From the IMG/VR virus record IMGVR_UViG_3300027563_000599: DNA of 64,000 nucleotides, one strand, 5' to 3'. The notes beneath the pieces were generated by a model. That model was not told the origin of the DNA and did not search any database. It worked only from the letters and a program-made list of their open reading frames with translations. Of the stretch, positions 1-9,448 are shown piece after piece; within the stretch, counting starts at the first letter, position 1, and every line of letters begins with the position of its first letter. This DNA is from an uncultured virus (IMG/VR IMGVR_UViG_3300027563_000599) (lineage: Duplodnaviria; Heunggongvirae; Uroviricota; Caudoviricetes). The position numbers and the translations under genes are program-made.

Positions 1-627
1 GAAAACATTCGACCGTTTGAGGATCGACCACGCCGTGTGGGCTTTGCCGCACGTTTTGATCAAGAAAAGCAGCCGGGCTTCTTCATGGACCTGATTGAAA
101 TGTATGGATACTTGACCACAGAGCCGTGCGAGTTTGCTATCTATTCCGGTGGACCACTCAAGTCTAATAATCCTGAGTATGTGGAACGTGCCAGAATGTA
201 CGAGCGTGAAGGCAAACTGAAAATCTACGACAACATCAGTAAGAATGAATACTATGCTCACCTTAACAACACTCGTGTGCTGTTTAACTGTGCGCTACAA
301 GACTGGGTAAGTAATACAGTGAGCGAAGCAGATACTCTGGGTTGCAACGTGCTGTATCCTGCTTACCGCAGTTTCCCTGAAACTTTTAGTAATGACCCCA
401 ACCGGCTCTACGTTCCTTGGAGCATAGATGATGCTTATCACAAGATGCAAAACTTGTTGCGTGAACCGCATCACAATATGGGTCTGATCTCAGACTGGAA
501 CGACGGCACAGTGGATCGTGTGATTGATATCATGACTGGTCGAGGCGAGCAATGGAATCGTGCAGGCAATCGTTATCGCGACCATACTGCACATGAAAAA
601 TATCAAGTGAGAAGAATAGAAGAATGA
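1..627 (+). CDS. Glycosyltransferase (GT-B/GT4-like), C-terminal part; 5' truncated by window
   Basis: ORF open from window edge; GT4-like C-terminal motif VSNTVSEADTLGC..YP..RSFPE. Confidence 0.65.
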   Translation, partial: ENIRPFEDRPRRVGFAARFDQEKQPGFFMDLIEMYGYLTTEPCEFAIYSGGPLKSNNPEYVERARMYEREGKLKIYDNISKNEYYAHLNNTRVLFNCALQDWVSNTVSEADTLGCNVLYPAYRSFPETFSNDPNRLYVPWSIDDAYHKMQNLLREPHHNMGLISDWNDGTVDRVIDIMTGRGEQWNRAGNRYRDHTAHEKYQVRRIEE

Positions 628-821
628 CACCTCGGGAACAAAGTTTCTGCTATCTCAAGCAGTATATTTGTGCTCAAACAACCGCTCCTTGGATTGCCAA
701 AATGAACGACGTAGAAGATCGGGCTCGTTGTGCGTTACAGCACTTGGGTGGCATGGCAGGAGATTGGTATCCGTATCGTCATGAATGCCACTACTATTAT
801 CCACAAAGGAAACAAGAATGA
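624..821 (+). CDS. Hypothetical protein
   Basis: ATGA overlaps with both neighbours. Confidence 0.5.
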   Translation: MTPREQSFCYLKQYICAQTTAPWIAKMNDVEDRARCALQHLGGMAGDWYPYRHECHYYYPQRKQE

Positions 822-1765
822 ATGTAATAGTCACCGGAGCAGCCGGATACATTGGCGGACAGGTTGCCCTGCAGTTGAAAGACGCAGGGCATGTTGTCAC
901 AGGCATTGACTTTAGGCCGTTGCAGCCGCATCAAAAAGGCCTGCTCGACGGTTTTGTCTTGGCAGACTTTGACAGCGATACTGCGTATAAAAAACTACTG
1001 GATGTGCGGCCCGAAGCCATTGTACATTGTGCCGGCACCAGCTTGGTTGGCCCCAGTATCAAGCACCCCAGCACCTACTACTTCAATAACGTAGCCAAAA
1101 CACTACAGTTGATCACTTTCATAACACAAGCTATGCCCAAGACTAGATTCATCTTTAGTTCCAGTGCAGCCACATACGGTGAACCCATAATGACACCGTG
1201 TCAAGAAGTTGATCCTACTGAACCGGTTAGCCCGTATGGCGAAAGTAAACTGATGATCGACATGATGTTGGAATCGTATCATCGAGCATACGGACTTGAC
1301 TATGTGAGTTTCCGTTATTTCAATGCCTGCGGTGCAGATCCGCAAGCTAGACACGGTCAAGAACCCAATGCCACACACATCATTGCCCGTGTGCTGGAAA
1401 GCATTAGAGACAGCCAAACATTTACATTGTATGGCAACAACTATCCCACTCCGGATGGAACCTGTGTTCGAGACTATGTACACGTGAACGACATTGCTCG
1501 TGCTCATGTCATGGCATTGGATCAAGCAATTCCTGCAGGCGTTTACAATCTCGGATCCAACACAGGCACCAGCAATAGAGAAATCATTGCAGCCGCAGAA
1601 CGCATCACCGGACAGACCGTAACTATTGCAACAGGTGACCAACGTGCAGGTGATCCTCCTATACTCACTGCCAGTGCAGACAAATTTACCGCAGTGGCCG
1701 GTGCCTGGCAACAATATACTTTGGACGATATGATCTCACACGCATGGAAATGGTACACCAAATGA
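818..1765 (+). CDS. galE: UDP-glucose 4-epimerase
   Basis: TGAAGYIG Rossmann motif, SSSAATYG, YGESK, RYFNACGA, DGTCVRDYVHV. Confidence 0.9.
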   Translation: MNVIVTGAAGYIGGQVALQLKDAGHVVTGIDFRPLQPHQKGLLDGFVLADFDSDTAYKKLLDVRPEAIVHCAGTSLVGPSIKHPSTYYFNNVAKTLQLITFITQAMPKTRFIFSSSAATYGEPIMTPCQEVDPTEPVSPYGESKLMIDMMLESYHRAYGLDYVSFRYFNACGADPQARHGQEPNATHIIARVLESIRDSQTFTLYGNNYPTPDGTCVRDYVHVNDIARAHVMALDQAIPAGVYNLGSNTGTSNREIIAAAERITGQTVTIATGDQRAGDPPILTASADKFTAVAGAWQQYTLDDMISHAWKWYTK

Positions 1766-2352
1766 GTTTTGATAGCATACTAAAATTTGAACGAGATTTG
1801 GCTAAGTTTACCGGCGCACCTTACGCCGTGATGACTGATTGTTGCACCCATGCCATCGAGCTGTGTCTACGCTACGACCAAATTCGATCCTGTAGCTTTA
1901 CAGCGTTTACCTATCTGAGCATTCCTATGACCATGCACAAACTGGGCATCAAGTACAGTTTGGAAAACGAACCGTGGATTGGAGAATATCAGTTCCATGA
2001 CACCCGCATCTGGGACTCGGCTCGCAGGCTAGAAAAAGACATGTATCGTGAAGGTACTATGCAGTGCTTGAGCTTTGGCCACGGCAAACCCTTGCATATT
2101 GGGCGCGGTGGTGCCATCTTGTTAGACGATGTGGTTGCCTATGACACCATACTGTCTCAACGCTATGACGGTAGAGATCTTACAGTTTTGCCTTGGCAGT
2201 CGCAACAGGTATTCAAGGTGGGCTATCACTACAAGCCCACTATTGAAGAAGCCGAGCAGGGCTTGGTTCTGTTGGAAGGAGTTCGAAACAATCGACCTAC
2301 TCCTGTACATGTTGATTACCCAGATTGCAGAAAAATAACTATTGTGCCTTGA
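1762..2352 (+). CDS. Short DegT/DnrJ/EryC1-like PLP-dependent aminotransferase-family protein
   Basis: FERDLAKFTGAPYAV..CTHAIELCL; CLSFGHGKPLHIGRGGAI PLP-lysine motif; about half the normal length. Confidence 0.7.
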   Translation: MSFDSILKFERDLAKFTGAPYAVMTDCCTHAIELCLRYDQIRSCSFTAFTYLSIPMTMHKLGIKYSLENEPWIGEYQFHDTRIWDSARRLEKDMYREGTMQCLSFGHGKPLHIGRGGAILLDDVVAYDTILSQRYDGRDLTVLPWQSQQVFKVGYHYKPTIEEAEQGLVLLEGVRNNRPTPVHVDYPDCRKITIVP

Positions 2353-2377
2353 CAAGGTCCTAAATATCCTATATAAT
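2349..2377 (+). promoter_or_regulatory. sigma70-type promoter for folE
   Basis: TTGACA-N17-TATAAT. Confidence 0.7.
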
Positions 2378-2419
2378 ATAACACACGACATCCACGTCAC
2401 TAACTCGGAGAAATACAAA

Positions 2420-3250
2420 TTGACAACAGAATTTATACCAGATAGCCTTGCTAATTCCAAGATGGAATTTATGCCAGATCAATACACACCACTGGGCAAG
2501 GAAGTGTATGTTAAAAAAGAAACAGGCCTAGACGCCATGGCCGGCGACGGCGGCTACCAAGAAGCATACCTAGGCGATCATCTTCGCTTTAAAATGCGGC
2601 GTGATAACAAACGTTTCTGGGCCGGCGACAACATCAGCGACTACCTGCACGAAGGCGACATTGAACGACTGATTGATGAAGCCACGCCAGCATTTGAAAC
2701 TGTGCTGGATCGTTTGCTGATTGATAGAGAAACTGATCCAAACAGTAAGGGTACAGCAAGACGACTTGCTAAAATGTACTTTAATGAAATAATGGCAGGT
2801 AGATATGAACCAGAACCAGACGCAACAGCATTTCCAAATGACTCGGCGGATCGTTACGAAGGCATGCTGGTTGTTCGCAGTGAGCTTCGTAGTATGTGTA
2901 GCCATCATCATCAACCCGTTAGTGGCGTTGCTTATATTGGCCTTATTGCCGCACAGAAACTTATTGGACTGTCCAAGTACACCAGAATTGCACAGTGGTG
3001 TGCAAGACGAGGCACTCTCCAGGAGGAACTGGCTATTGACATTGCTCGGGAAATAATGAAGGCCACTGACGCTACCGATGTAGGTGTGTACGTACAAGCT
3101 GTGCATGGGTGCTGTGAGAATCGTGGCATTATGGCACACAGTAGTCTGACACAGACTACAGTGCTTAAAGGTGCGTTTAAAGATGACCAAAGCACAAAAA
3201 AAGAATTCTTTGACAATATCAAACTACAACAGGACTTTGCTCCAAGATGA
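2420..3250 (+). CDS. folE: GTP cyclohydrolase I
   Basis: [29 protein letters not shown] motifs; probable TTG start after GGAGA. Confidence 0.92.
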   Translation: MTTEFIPDSLANSKMEFMPDQYTPLGKEVYVKKETGLDAMAGDGGYQEAYLGDHLRFKMRRDNKRFWAGDNISDYLHEGDIERLIDEATPAFETVLDRLLIDRETDPNSKGTARRLAKMYFNEIMAGRYEPEPDATAFPNDSADRYEGMLVVRSELRSMCSHHHQPVSGVAYIGLIAAQKLIGLSKYTRIAQWCARRGTLQEELAIDIAREIMKATDATDVGVYVQAVHGCCENRGIMAHSSLTQTTVLKGAFKDDQSTKKEFFDNIKLQQDFAPR

Positions 3251-3579
3251 CCTATGTCGTAACCGATGACTGCATTTTATGCAAACACACTGACTGTGTA
3301 GAAGTGTGCCCGGTAGATTGTTTTGTTGAAGGACCAAACTTTTTAGCCATCAACCCAGACGAGTGCATTGACTGTGCAGTATGTGTTCCAGAATGTCCTG
3401 TTAATGCAATCTATGCTGAAGAGGATGTGCCGGAAAATCAACAGGCATTTATAAAGATCAATGCTGACCTTGCCGGCCATTGGCCCGCTATTACTCGACG
3501 CAAGGATCCCTTGCCAGATCATGAACGATGGACCAATGTGCCGGACAAATTACAACACCTAGATCGCGGCACAGTGTAA
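3247..3579 (+). CDS. fdxA: 7Fe ferredoxin (FdxA family)
   Basis: [26 protein letters not shown]...[12 protein letters not shown]. Confidence 0.92.
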   Translation: MTYVVTDDCILCKHTDCVEVCPVDCFVEGPNFLAINPDECIDCAVCVPECPVNAIYAEEDVPENQQAFIKINADLAGHWPAITRRKDPLPDHERWTNVPDKLQHLDRGTV

Positions 3580-3619
3580 AAATGTTATTGTATATTACTG
3601 TCATATAAAAGGAACCAAT

Positions 3620-4039
3620 ATGAATTTGCCGTACACACAAGAGATATTTCCTGGGTTGCCTCCGGAAATTAATAAACAACTTGCACCGTGGACCGAACGG
3701 GTACGTGAAGATTTCCATGTTGTAGTGTTTAACGATATCTATCCAGTGACGCCTGGGCACATGTTGTTTGTTCCAAAATTCAACACAGTGAGTGTGCTGA
3801 TGGATGCCATGCGCGATGCTGTTCAGCACGGCCAAGCGCAGGTTGAATCTGGCGAATGGGACGGGTTTAACATTGGCATGAATTACGGATCAGCTGCCGG
3901 ACAAACAGTGCCATGGCCACATGTGCATTTGATTCCACGCAGAGCAGGCGACGTAGAAGATCCTATTGGTGGCGTTAGAAACACCATTCCTGGCCAGGGC
4001 AATTATCGTACTGGCAGTTATAAACATCCTGATGTTTGA
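3620..4039 (+). CDS. HIT family hydrolase
   Basis: YPVTPGH; AGQTVPWPHVHLIPR. Confidence 0.88.
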   Translation: MNLPYTQEIFPGLPPEINKQLAPWTERVREDFHVVVFNDIYPVTPGHMLFVPKFNTVSVLMDAMRDAVQHGQAQVESGEWDGFNIGMNYGSAAGQTVPWPHVHLIPRRAGDVEDPIGGVRNTIPGQGNYRTGSYKHPDV

Positions 4040-4058
4040 CAGAATAAATATTCTTCTT

Positions 4059-4125
4059 CAGCGGACTTTAGAGCATCGACCCGCTATACAAACTCCGCTG
4101 CCTATGCTATAATCAACATAGGAGA
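4059..4125 (+). promoter_or_regulatory. Candidate preQ1-I-like riboswitch/structured 5' UTR of queD
   Basis: AGCGG/CCGCT stem, loop GAGC, A-rich tail ATACAAACTC, alternative CAGCGGA/TCCGCTG helix, CCTATG/CATAGG hairpin over the SD. Confidence 0.45.
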
Positions 4126-4130
4126 AATCA

Positions 4131-4676
4131 ATGGCAAAATATTATTCAACAAAAACCTACGGTACAGACAGAGGGCTGAGTTGCTGTTTTAGACAGTGGC
4201 GTGCCAAACACAGCCACTGCTCAACACTGCACGGCTACAGTCTCGGCATCAAATTGGTGTTTGAATGTGACACACTGGATGAGAAAAACTGGTGTATGGA
4301 CTTTGGCGGCCTCAAAGAATTCAAAGCCTGGGCAGATCACATGTTTGATCACACTTTGGTTATTGCCGAAGACGATCCCCAGCTAGAATTTTTCAAACAA
4401 ATGGCATTGATTGACACCAACTGGACTTTGCCCGAAACCGGTCCAGATGAAATGCAAGTTAATAGAGATAATTTTGAGCCGTATCAAAGAGGATCACTTT
4501 GCGACTTGCGTATTGTGCCCGGAGTGGGCTGTGAAATGTTTGCCAAAATGTGCTATGACAAAATGGCAGAACTGCTGGCCAGTGGTGATATGCGTTACCC
4601 AATCAATCCAACAGTACGAGTCAAGAGTGCAGAAGTGTTTGAACACGCAGGCAACAGTGCCACCTACGAAGGTTAA
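4131..4676 (+). CDS. queD: 6-carboxy-5,6,7,8-tetrahydropterin synthase (6-pyruvoyl-tetrahydropterin synthase family)
   Basis: HCSTLHGYS, MDFGGLK, FDHT, EVFEHAGNSATY. Confidence 0.85.
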   Translation: MAKYYSTKTYGTDRGLSCCFRQWRAKHSHCSTLHGYSLGIKLVFECDTLDEKNWCMDFGGLKEFKAWADHMFDHTLVIAEDDPQLEFFKQMALIDTNWTLPETGPDEMQVNRDNFEPYQRGSLCDLRIVPGVGCEMFAKMCYDKMAELLASGDMRYPINPTVRVKSAEVFEHAGNSATYEG

Positions 4677-4692
4677 AATTTAAATACAGTAT

Positions 4693-5514
4693 ATGAGTGA
4701 ATACAAAATAGCAGTATTGCTACCCACCAGAAGTAGAACCACAGCTCTTACTCAAAGTATAAGCAGTATAGTAAAATCAGCAGATAATTTGTCCTCCATT
4801 CAACTGTTGTTGGGATTCGACGACGACGATACCGCAGGACTGGATCATTTTTCTAAAGTGATACAGCCGTGGTTAGATCAGACTGAACTGGCGTACGAAG
4901 CACAGCTATTCAAAAGTATGGGCTACGCTGGACTCAATAGATACTACAATCATCTGGCCAAGTCAGCTGATGCTGATTGGTTGTTTGTGTGGAACGACGA
5001 TGCTGTGATGGACACACCTGGCTGGGACACAGTGATCAGTCAGTATACTGGTCAGTTCCGTCTGCTGAAACTGCACACTCACAACGACCATCCCTACAGC
5101 ATATTTCCCATTGTGCCTAGGGCCTGGTTTGAGGTTATGGGCTTGTTGAGTCGACATCAGATGATCGACGCCGAAGTTAGCCAAATGGCATTCATGTTGG
5201 ACATCATGCAGGTGATTGATGTGCATGCCACGCACAATCAGGTTGAACTGACCAAGGATGCCACTGATCCACTCAAGCCCAAGAGTCGATTCGAACACAA
5301 CCCCAAGAGTCCATTGGATTTTCATTATCCTGCCACTATACAACGGCGATACCGAGACTGCGAAACTTTGATGACCTACATGTTGTCGCAAGGCAATGCC
5401 AGTTCCTTACCCTGGTGGAACAGTGTCAAGGCCGGAACTCAGGATCCTTGGGAAAAATTAAGACTGATGGATGTCAACAAGCAGATGTCACAGTACAAGG
5501 TAAAATTATCATGA
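4693..5514 (+). CDS. Glycosyltransferase family 2-like protein
   Basis: VLLPTRSR N-terminus, FDDDD, WNDD motif. Confidence 0.65.
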   Translation: MSEYKIAVLLPTRSRTTALTQSISSIVKSADNLSSIQLLLGFDDDDTAGLDHFSKVIQPWLDQTELAYEAQLFKSMGYAGLNRYYNHLAKSADADWLFVWNDDAVMDTPGWDTVISQYTGQFRLLKLHTHNDHPYSIFPIVPRAWFEVMGLLSRHQMIDAEVSQMAFMLDIMQVIDVHATHNQVELTKDATDPLKPKSRFEHNPKSPLDFHYPATIQRRYRDCETLMTYMLSQGNASSLPWWNSVKAGTQDPWEKLRLMDVNKQMSQYKVKLS

Positions 5515-6731
5515 ACAACACCATTACCTACAGTCAACTAATTGATCGGTGCATGCTGACTTCTGCACCAGTGGAGAAAATATTAGATTTTGGTCAGCAT
5601 GCATTTGCCGACACCTTTGTCAGTGCAGATCAATTGAATCTCAGTGAACCAGTTTTTCCACTGCATGTGTACATGAATGCCGACAGCGGCAGTATACAAT
5701 TGGGCTATGCAAGTTCAGCTGAAGATCGCTACAACCTCTACAGCTACAGTTACACATCCAGCAATTCCAAAACTGCAAGGGATCATTGGGATGAGTATGC
5801 TGCCACTGTCAAGCAACGATGCCCAACAGGTTTTGCAGTGGAAATTGGTAGCAACGACGGCTACTTGATTGGTCAGTTTGGTGATAATGCAGTGGGCGTT
5901 GATTCAAGTGCAGACATGTGCCGAGTGGCTGAGTCACGTGGTGTTGCCACTGTGAATGCATTGTTTAACGAGGCAGTTGCTGTGACACTGTTGGAGCAAC
6001 ACGGACCGGCACAGGTAATTATGGCCAACAATGTGTTTAACCATGCCAACGATCCTGTGGCCTTTGCCCGGTGTGTTGAACAGTTGTTGAGCGCAGACGG
6101 CCTGTTTGTTTTTGAAGTGCCATATTGGGCCAGTATGATTGAGTCTGGGCGGTTTGTGGACATGGTGTATCACGAACATCCCAGTTATTTCACAGTGAAG
6201 AGCGTGTGGAATCTGTTGAAAACAGCCGGGCTTGAAATTGTAGATTTTGATGTGGTCAACTATCACGGCGGCAGTTTACGAATGTTTGCTCGTCGGGACA
6301 CCGGTGCTGCCATGCCATCGCAGGTAGCACAGGCAATTGATCGTGAAACCGAGATGGGCTTGTTCTCCCGAGATTTTTACACACAGCTACAGACACAATT
6401 TGCACAGAACCGAGACTGTTGGTTGGCAAATTTTTATGCAATAAGAACAGCAGAACCTGATGCTGTGTTCATTGGAGTAGGAGCAGCAGCCAAGGCCAAT
6501 ACCTGGCTGACCTGGCACGGTCTTAATGCAACACATCTGCACTGTGTGACCGACTCTAGTGAGTTTAAACAGGGAAAATTTACACCATTAACACGGATTC
6601 CAATTCTAGCAGATGAAGAGTTTGCTCAGCACAAGAATCCGTATGCACTGATATTGAGTTGGAACATTGGGGAAGGGCTCCGAAAGGCCATACTAAATAT
6701 CAATCCACAAACTAGATTTATTTCACAATGA
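5511..6731 (+). CDS. NDP-sugar C-methyltransferase (class I SAM)
   Basis: EIGSNDG, NVFNH, YHEHPSYF, HGGSLR, GAAAKANT, KQGKFTP, LSWN. Confidence 0.85.
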   Translation: MNNTITYSQLIDRCMLTSAPVEKILDFGQHAFADTFVSADQLNLSEPVFPLHVYMNADSGSIQLGYASSAEDRYNLYSYSYTSSNSKTARDHWDEYAATVKQRCPTGFAVEIGSNDGYLIGQFGDNAVGVDSSADMCRVAESRGVATVNALFNEAVAVTLLEQHGPAQVIMANNVFNHANDPVAFARCVEQLLSADGLFVFEVPYWASMIESGRFVDMVYHEHPSYFTVKSVWNLLKTAGLEIVDFDVVNYHGGSLRMFARRDTGAAMPSQVAQAIDRETEMGLFSRDFYTQLQTQFAQNRDCWLANFYAIRTAEPDAVFIGVGAAAKANTWLTWHGLNATHLHCVTDSSEFKQGKFTPLTRIPILADEEFAQHKNPYALILSWNIGEGLRKAILNINPQTRFISQ

Positions 6732-7135
6732 AACACTACAATATACACACCAACTCAGAACCCGGGTTAGGACAATTCACCGACGAGCGCGGCACAATTA
6801 CCGATTTATTTTATTCTCAAAATATCAATCATGGCTGTGTGATCACCAACGCACCCGGTGCTGTACGTGGCAATCACTATCACAAGCTGACCACACAGTA
6901 CACATTGGTATTGAGTGGCAGTCTCAGTTATTACTCAAGACCAGTGGATTCCGACCAAGCAGCTGAACTGTTTGTAGCAGGTCCTGGTGACATGCTGATC
7001 AGCGAACCCAACGAAATACATGGCATGAAGGCCGGCGCCGATGGCTGTACGTTTGTTGCCTATGCAGCCGGCCCACGCGGCGGTGCTGACTACGAGTCAG
7101 ATACCTATCGTGTAGACAGCATAGTGGGCCAATGA
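6728..7135 (+). CDS. Cupin (sugar isomerase/epimerase-like)
   Basis: DERG, RGNHYHK, EIHG. Confidence 0.75.
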   Translation: MKHYNIHTNSEPGLGQFTDERGTITDLFYSQNINHGCVITNAPGAVRGNHYHKLTTQYTLVLSGSLSYYSRPVDSDQAAELFVAGPGDMLISEPNEIHGMKAGADGCTFVAYAAGPRGGADYESDTYRVDSIVGQ

Positions 7136-7749
7136 CACGCCCAGCTGTTGCTATTTTTGGTGCCGGTGGCGGTATTGGCTCTGCTGTAAGGCGGCTATTC
7201 GATCCTGCTGAATACAAGATTGTTGATGTTGACCGTGCAATTATTGATTTAAAACTGCCTACGGCTGATCAAGAGATACACAAATTTCTAAGTGTGCTGG
7301 ATCCAGATATTGTGATCAACTGCGCCGGAGTGTTTGTAAGCGGACACTTGTCAGATCATCAAGAGACCATGTCAGTGAATGTAGGCAGCAATTGGTCCAT
7401 CATGCGGCACTATCTTTACACTGGCAATCAAAAGAAACCGGTGAACATAGTGATGGTGGGATCCAGCAGCTACACTGGCGGAAGAAAACAATATCCGTTG
7501 TACAGTGCCAGCAAGGCAGCCTTGTACAACTTGTGGCAAGGAGTCAGTGAGAATCTTGTCAACACTGACATACGTGTTCATTTGGTTAACCCAGTAAGGA
7601 CACTAACTCGAATGGCCACAGGTGGCCAAGCAAAAGATCCTGCGTTGGATTATCTTTTGCCCGAGCGGGTAGCGCAGGACATTTTTAAACTGGCAACAGG
7701 CACCGGTGCTAGTACTTGTGTAGACATAACATTTGAGGATGCAATATGA
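7132..7749 (+). CDS. Short-chain dehydrogenase/reductase
   Basis: GAGGGIG, NCAG, YSASK. Confidence 0.85.
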   Translation: MTRPAVAIFGAGGGIGSAVRRLFDPAEYKIVDVDRAIIDLKLPTADQEIHKFLSVLDPDIVINCAGVFVSGHLSDHQETMSVNVGSNWSIMRHYLYTGNQKKPVNIVMVGSSSYTGGRKQYPLYSASKAALYNLWQGVSENLVNTDIRVHLVNPVRTLTRMATGGQAKDPALDYLLPERVAQDIFKLATGTGASTCVDITFEDAI

Positions 7750-8519
7750 AAATAGGTATAATTGGAAAAGGCACAGTGGGCAAAGCTGTGTACGAAGGGC
7801 TAGAATATTTAGGACACACTATGTCGTTCTTTGATCCAGCATATGAAGGATCAGTGCTGGACCATGTGTTGGACACAGACTGTGTGTTTATCAGTGTGCC
7901 AACCAATCAGGCTGCCAACGGCGACTGTGACGTGTCAATTATTGATCGTACAATCGAAGATCTGGCCAAAGCTGATTACAAGGGATTAATCAGTATCAAG
8001 AGCACAGTGATCCCTGGCACAACTGATCGACTACAAACGTTGTACCCTCAGTTGAGATTGAGCATGGTACCAGAATTTCTCCGTGCAAAAAGTGCGCTGG
8101 CTGACTTTGTTTACAATCACGACCTGTTGGTAGTAGGCTGTAACAACAAAGCCGATGCTGACTTGATTGTGGAGATACACGGCAGTTTTCCCGAAAACAT
8201 TGCTCGCGTGACGCCCACTGAAGCTGAAGTGATCAAGTACTTCAACAACGTACATCATGCCATGAGTGTGACCTTTGCCAACATCACTTATGAAGTATGC
8301 GACAAGCTGGGCGCCAACTACATGAACGTGTACAAGGCCATCACCAAGCGTGACTGTATCAATCCACATTACCTAATGGCCAATCCAAACATGCGTGGCT
8401 ACGGTGGACACTGTTTGCCCAAAGATACCAGTGCATGGAACAATCTGATAAAAGATCTAGGTCTAGAGTTTGGCCTGATCCAATCGGTAATCAACGACAA
8501 CGAGAAATTTAACAAATGA
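7746..8519 (+). CDS. UDP-glucose/GDP-mannose dehydrogenase family protein
   Basis: GKGTVG, KSTVIPGTT, PEFLR, GYGGHCLPKD. Confidence 0.88.
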   Translation: MKIGIIGKGTVGKAVYEGLEYLGHTMSFFDPAYEGSVLDHVLDTDCVFISVPTNQAANGDCDVSIIDRTIEDLAKADYKGLISIKSTVIPGTTDRLQTLYPQLRLSMVPEFLRAKSALADFVYNHDLLVVGCNNKADADLIVEIHGSFPENIARVTPTEAEVIKYFNNVHHAMSVTFANITYEVCDKLGANYMNVYKAITKRDCINPHYLMANPNMRGYGGHCLPKDTSAWNNLIKDLGLEFGLIQSVINDNEKFNK

Positions 8520-9427
8520 AAATACTAGTAACCGGTGCCAGCGGCTTGTTGGGCACAGAAATCTGCCGACAGCTGAAAGAAAATTCCAACAACGAAGTGT
8601 GGGCCATGGATAACCATAGTCGCAGCTCAACCATTCCTCCCTGTGACAAGTTCATCGATGTGGATTTGACTGCCGGTGATGTAGCCTACGCCAACCTGCC
8701 GGTGGACTTTGATTACATCTATCACTATGGTGCAATCAACGGAACCAAAAACTTTTACGAGCGTCCAAACCAAGTGTTATGGAACAACATGGTGGGAGAC
8801 TTTAATATATTTGAGTTTGCCGGCATGAACACGCAATTGAAAAAATTAGTGTATGCATCCAGCAGTGAAGTGGTCAGCGATGATCCTGTGAGTCCAGTGG
8901 CCGAACACACTGACATCACAATCAACAACATCCACAATGCCAGATGGAGTTATCGCCTGCCCAAGATCTGTGCAGAAAACTACTTGACCAATAGCCCATT
9001 GCCCTATGTGATGATACGTTACTTCAACGTGTACGGCGACAACAGCAAGGCCGGTCACTTCCTGGCAGACCAAATTGCCAAGATCCAAAATGGTGTATTC
9101 CAAGTGGTTGGTCCAGAAGAAACACGCAGTTTCTGTCATGTGGAAGATGCTGTTCGTGCCACAATATTCTGTGCCGAAACACAGGTCAATCAACTGTTCA
9201 ACGTTGGCAATGACAGAGAAATTACCATTATGGATGCAGTGAAGGTCATTGCTACCGAATTTGGACATACTGACCCAGCCTGGACCGCCACACCTGGCCG
9301 AGCCGGCAGCACTGCTACTCGTAGGCCCAACATTGACAAACTCAGATCGGTCATGCCGGACTATGCGCCCATGTCATTCGAACAAGGTGTTGGTCGTATT
9401 ATTAAAAATTTAGTTGACAAGTCATAA
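8516..9427 (+). CDS. NAD-dependent epimerase/dehydratase
   Basis: TGASGLLG, ASSSEV, RWSYRLPK, RSFCHVED. Confidence 0.85.
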   Translation: MKILVTGASGLLGTEICRQLKENSNNEVWAMDNHSRSSTIPPCDKFIDVDLTAGDVAYANLPVDFDYIYHYGAINGTKNFYERPNQVLWNNMVGDFNIFEFAGMNTQLKKLVYASSSEVVSDDPVSPVAEHTDITINNIHNARWSYRLPKICAENYLTNSPLPYVMIRYFNVYGDNSKAGHFLADQIAKIQNGVFQVVGPEETRSFCHVEDAVRATIFCAETQVNQLFNVGNDREITIMDAVKVIATEFGHTDPAWTATPGRAGSTATRRPNIDKLRSVMPDYAPMSFEQGVGRIIKNLVDKS

Positions 9428-9448
9428 ACAGTTATTGTATAATAGTAC

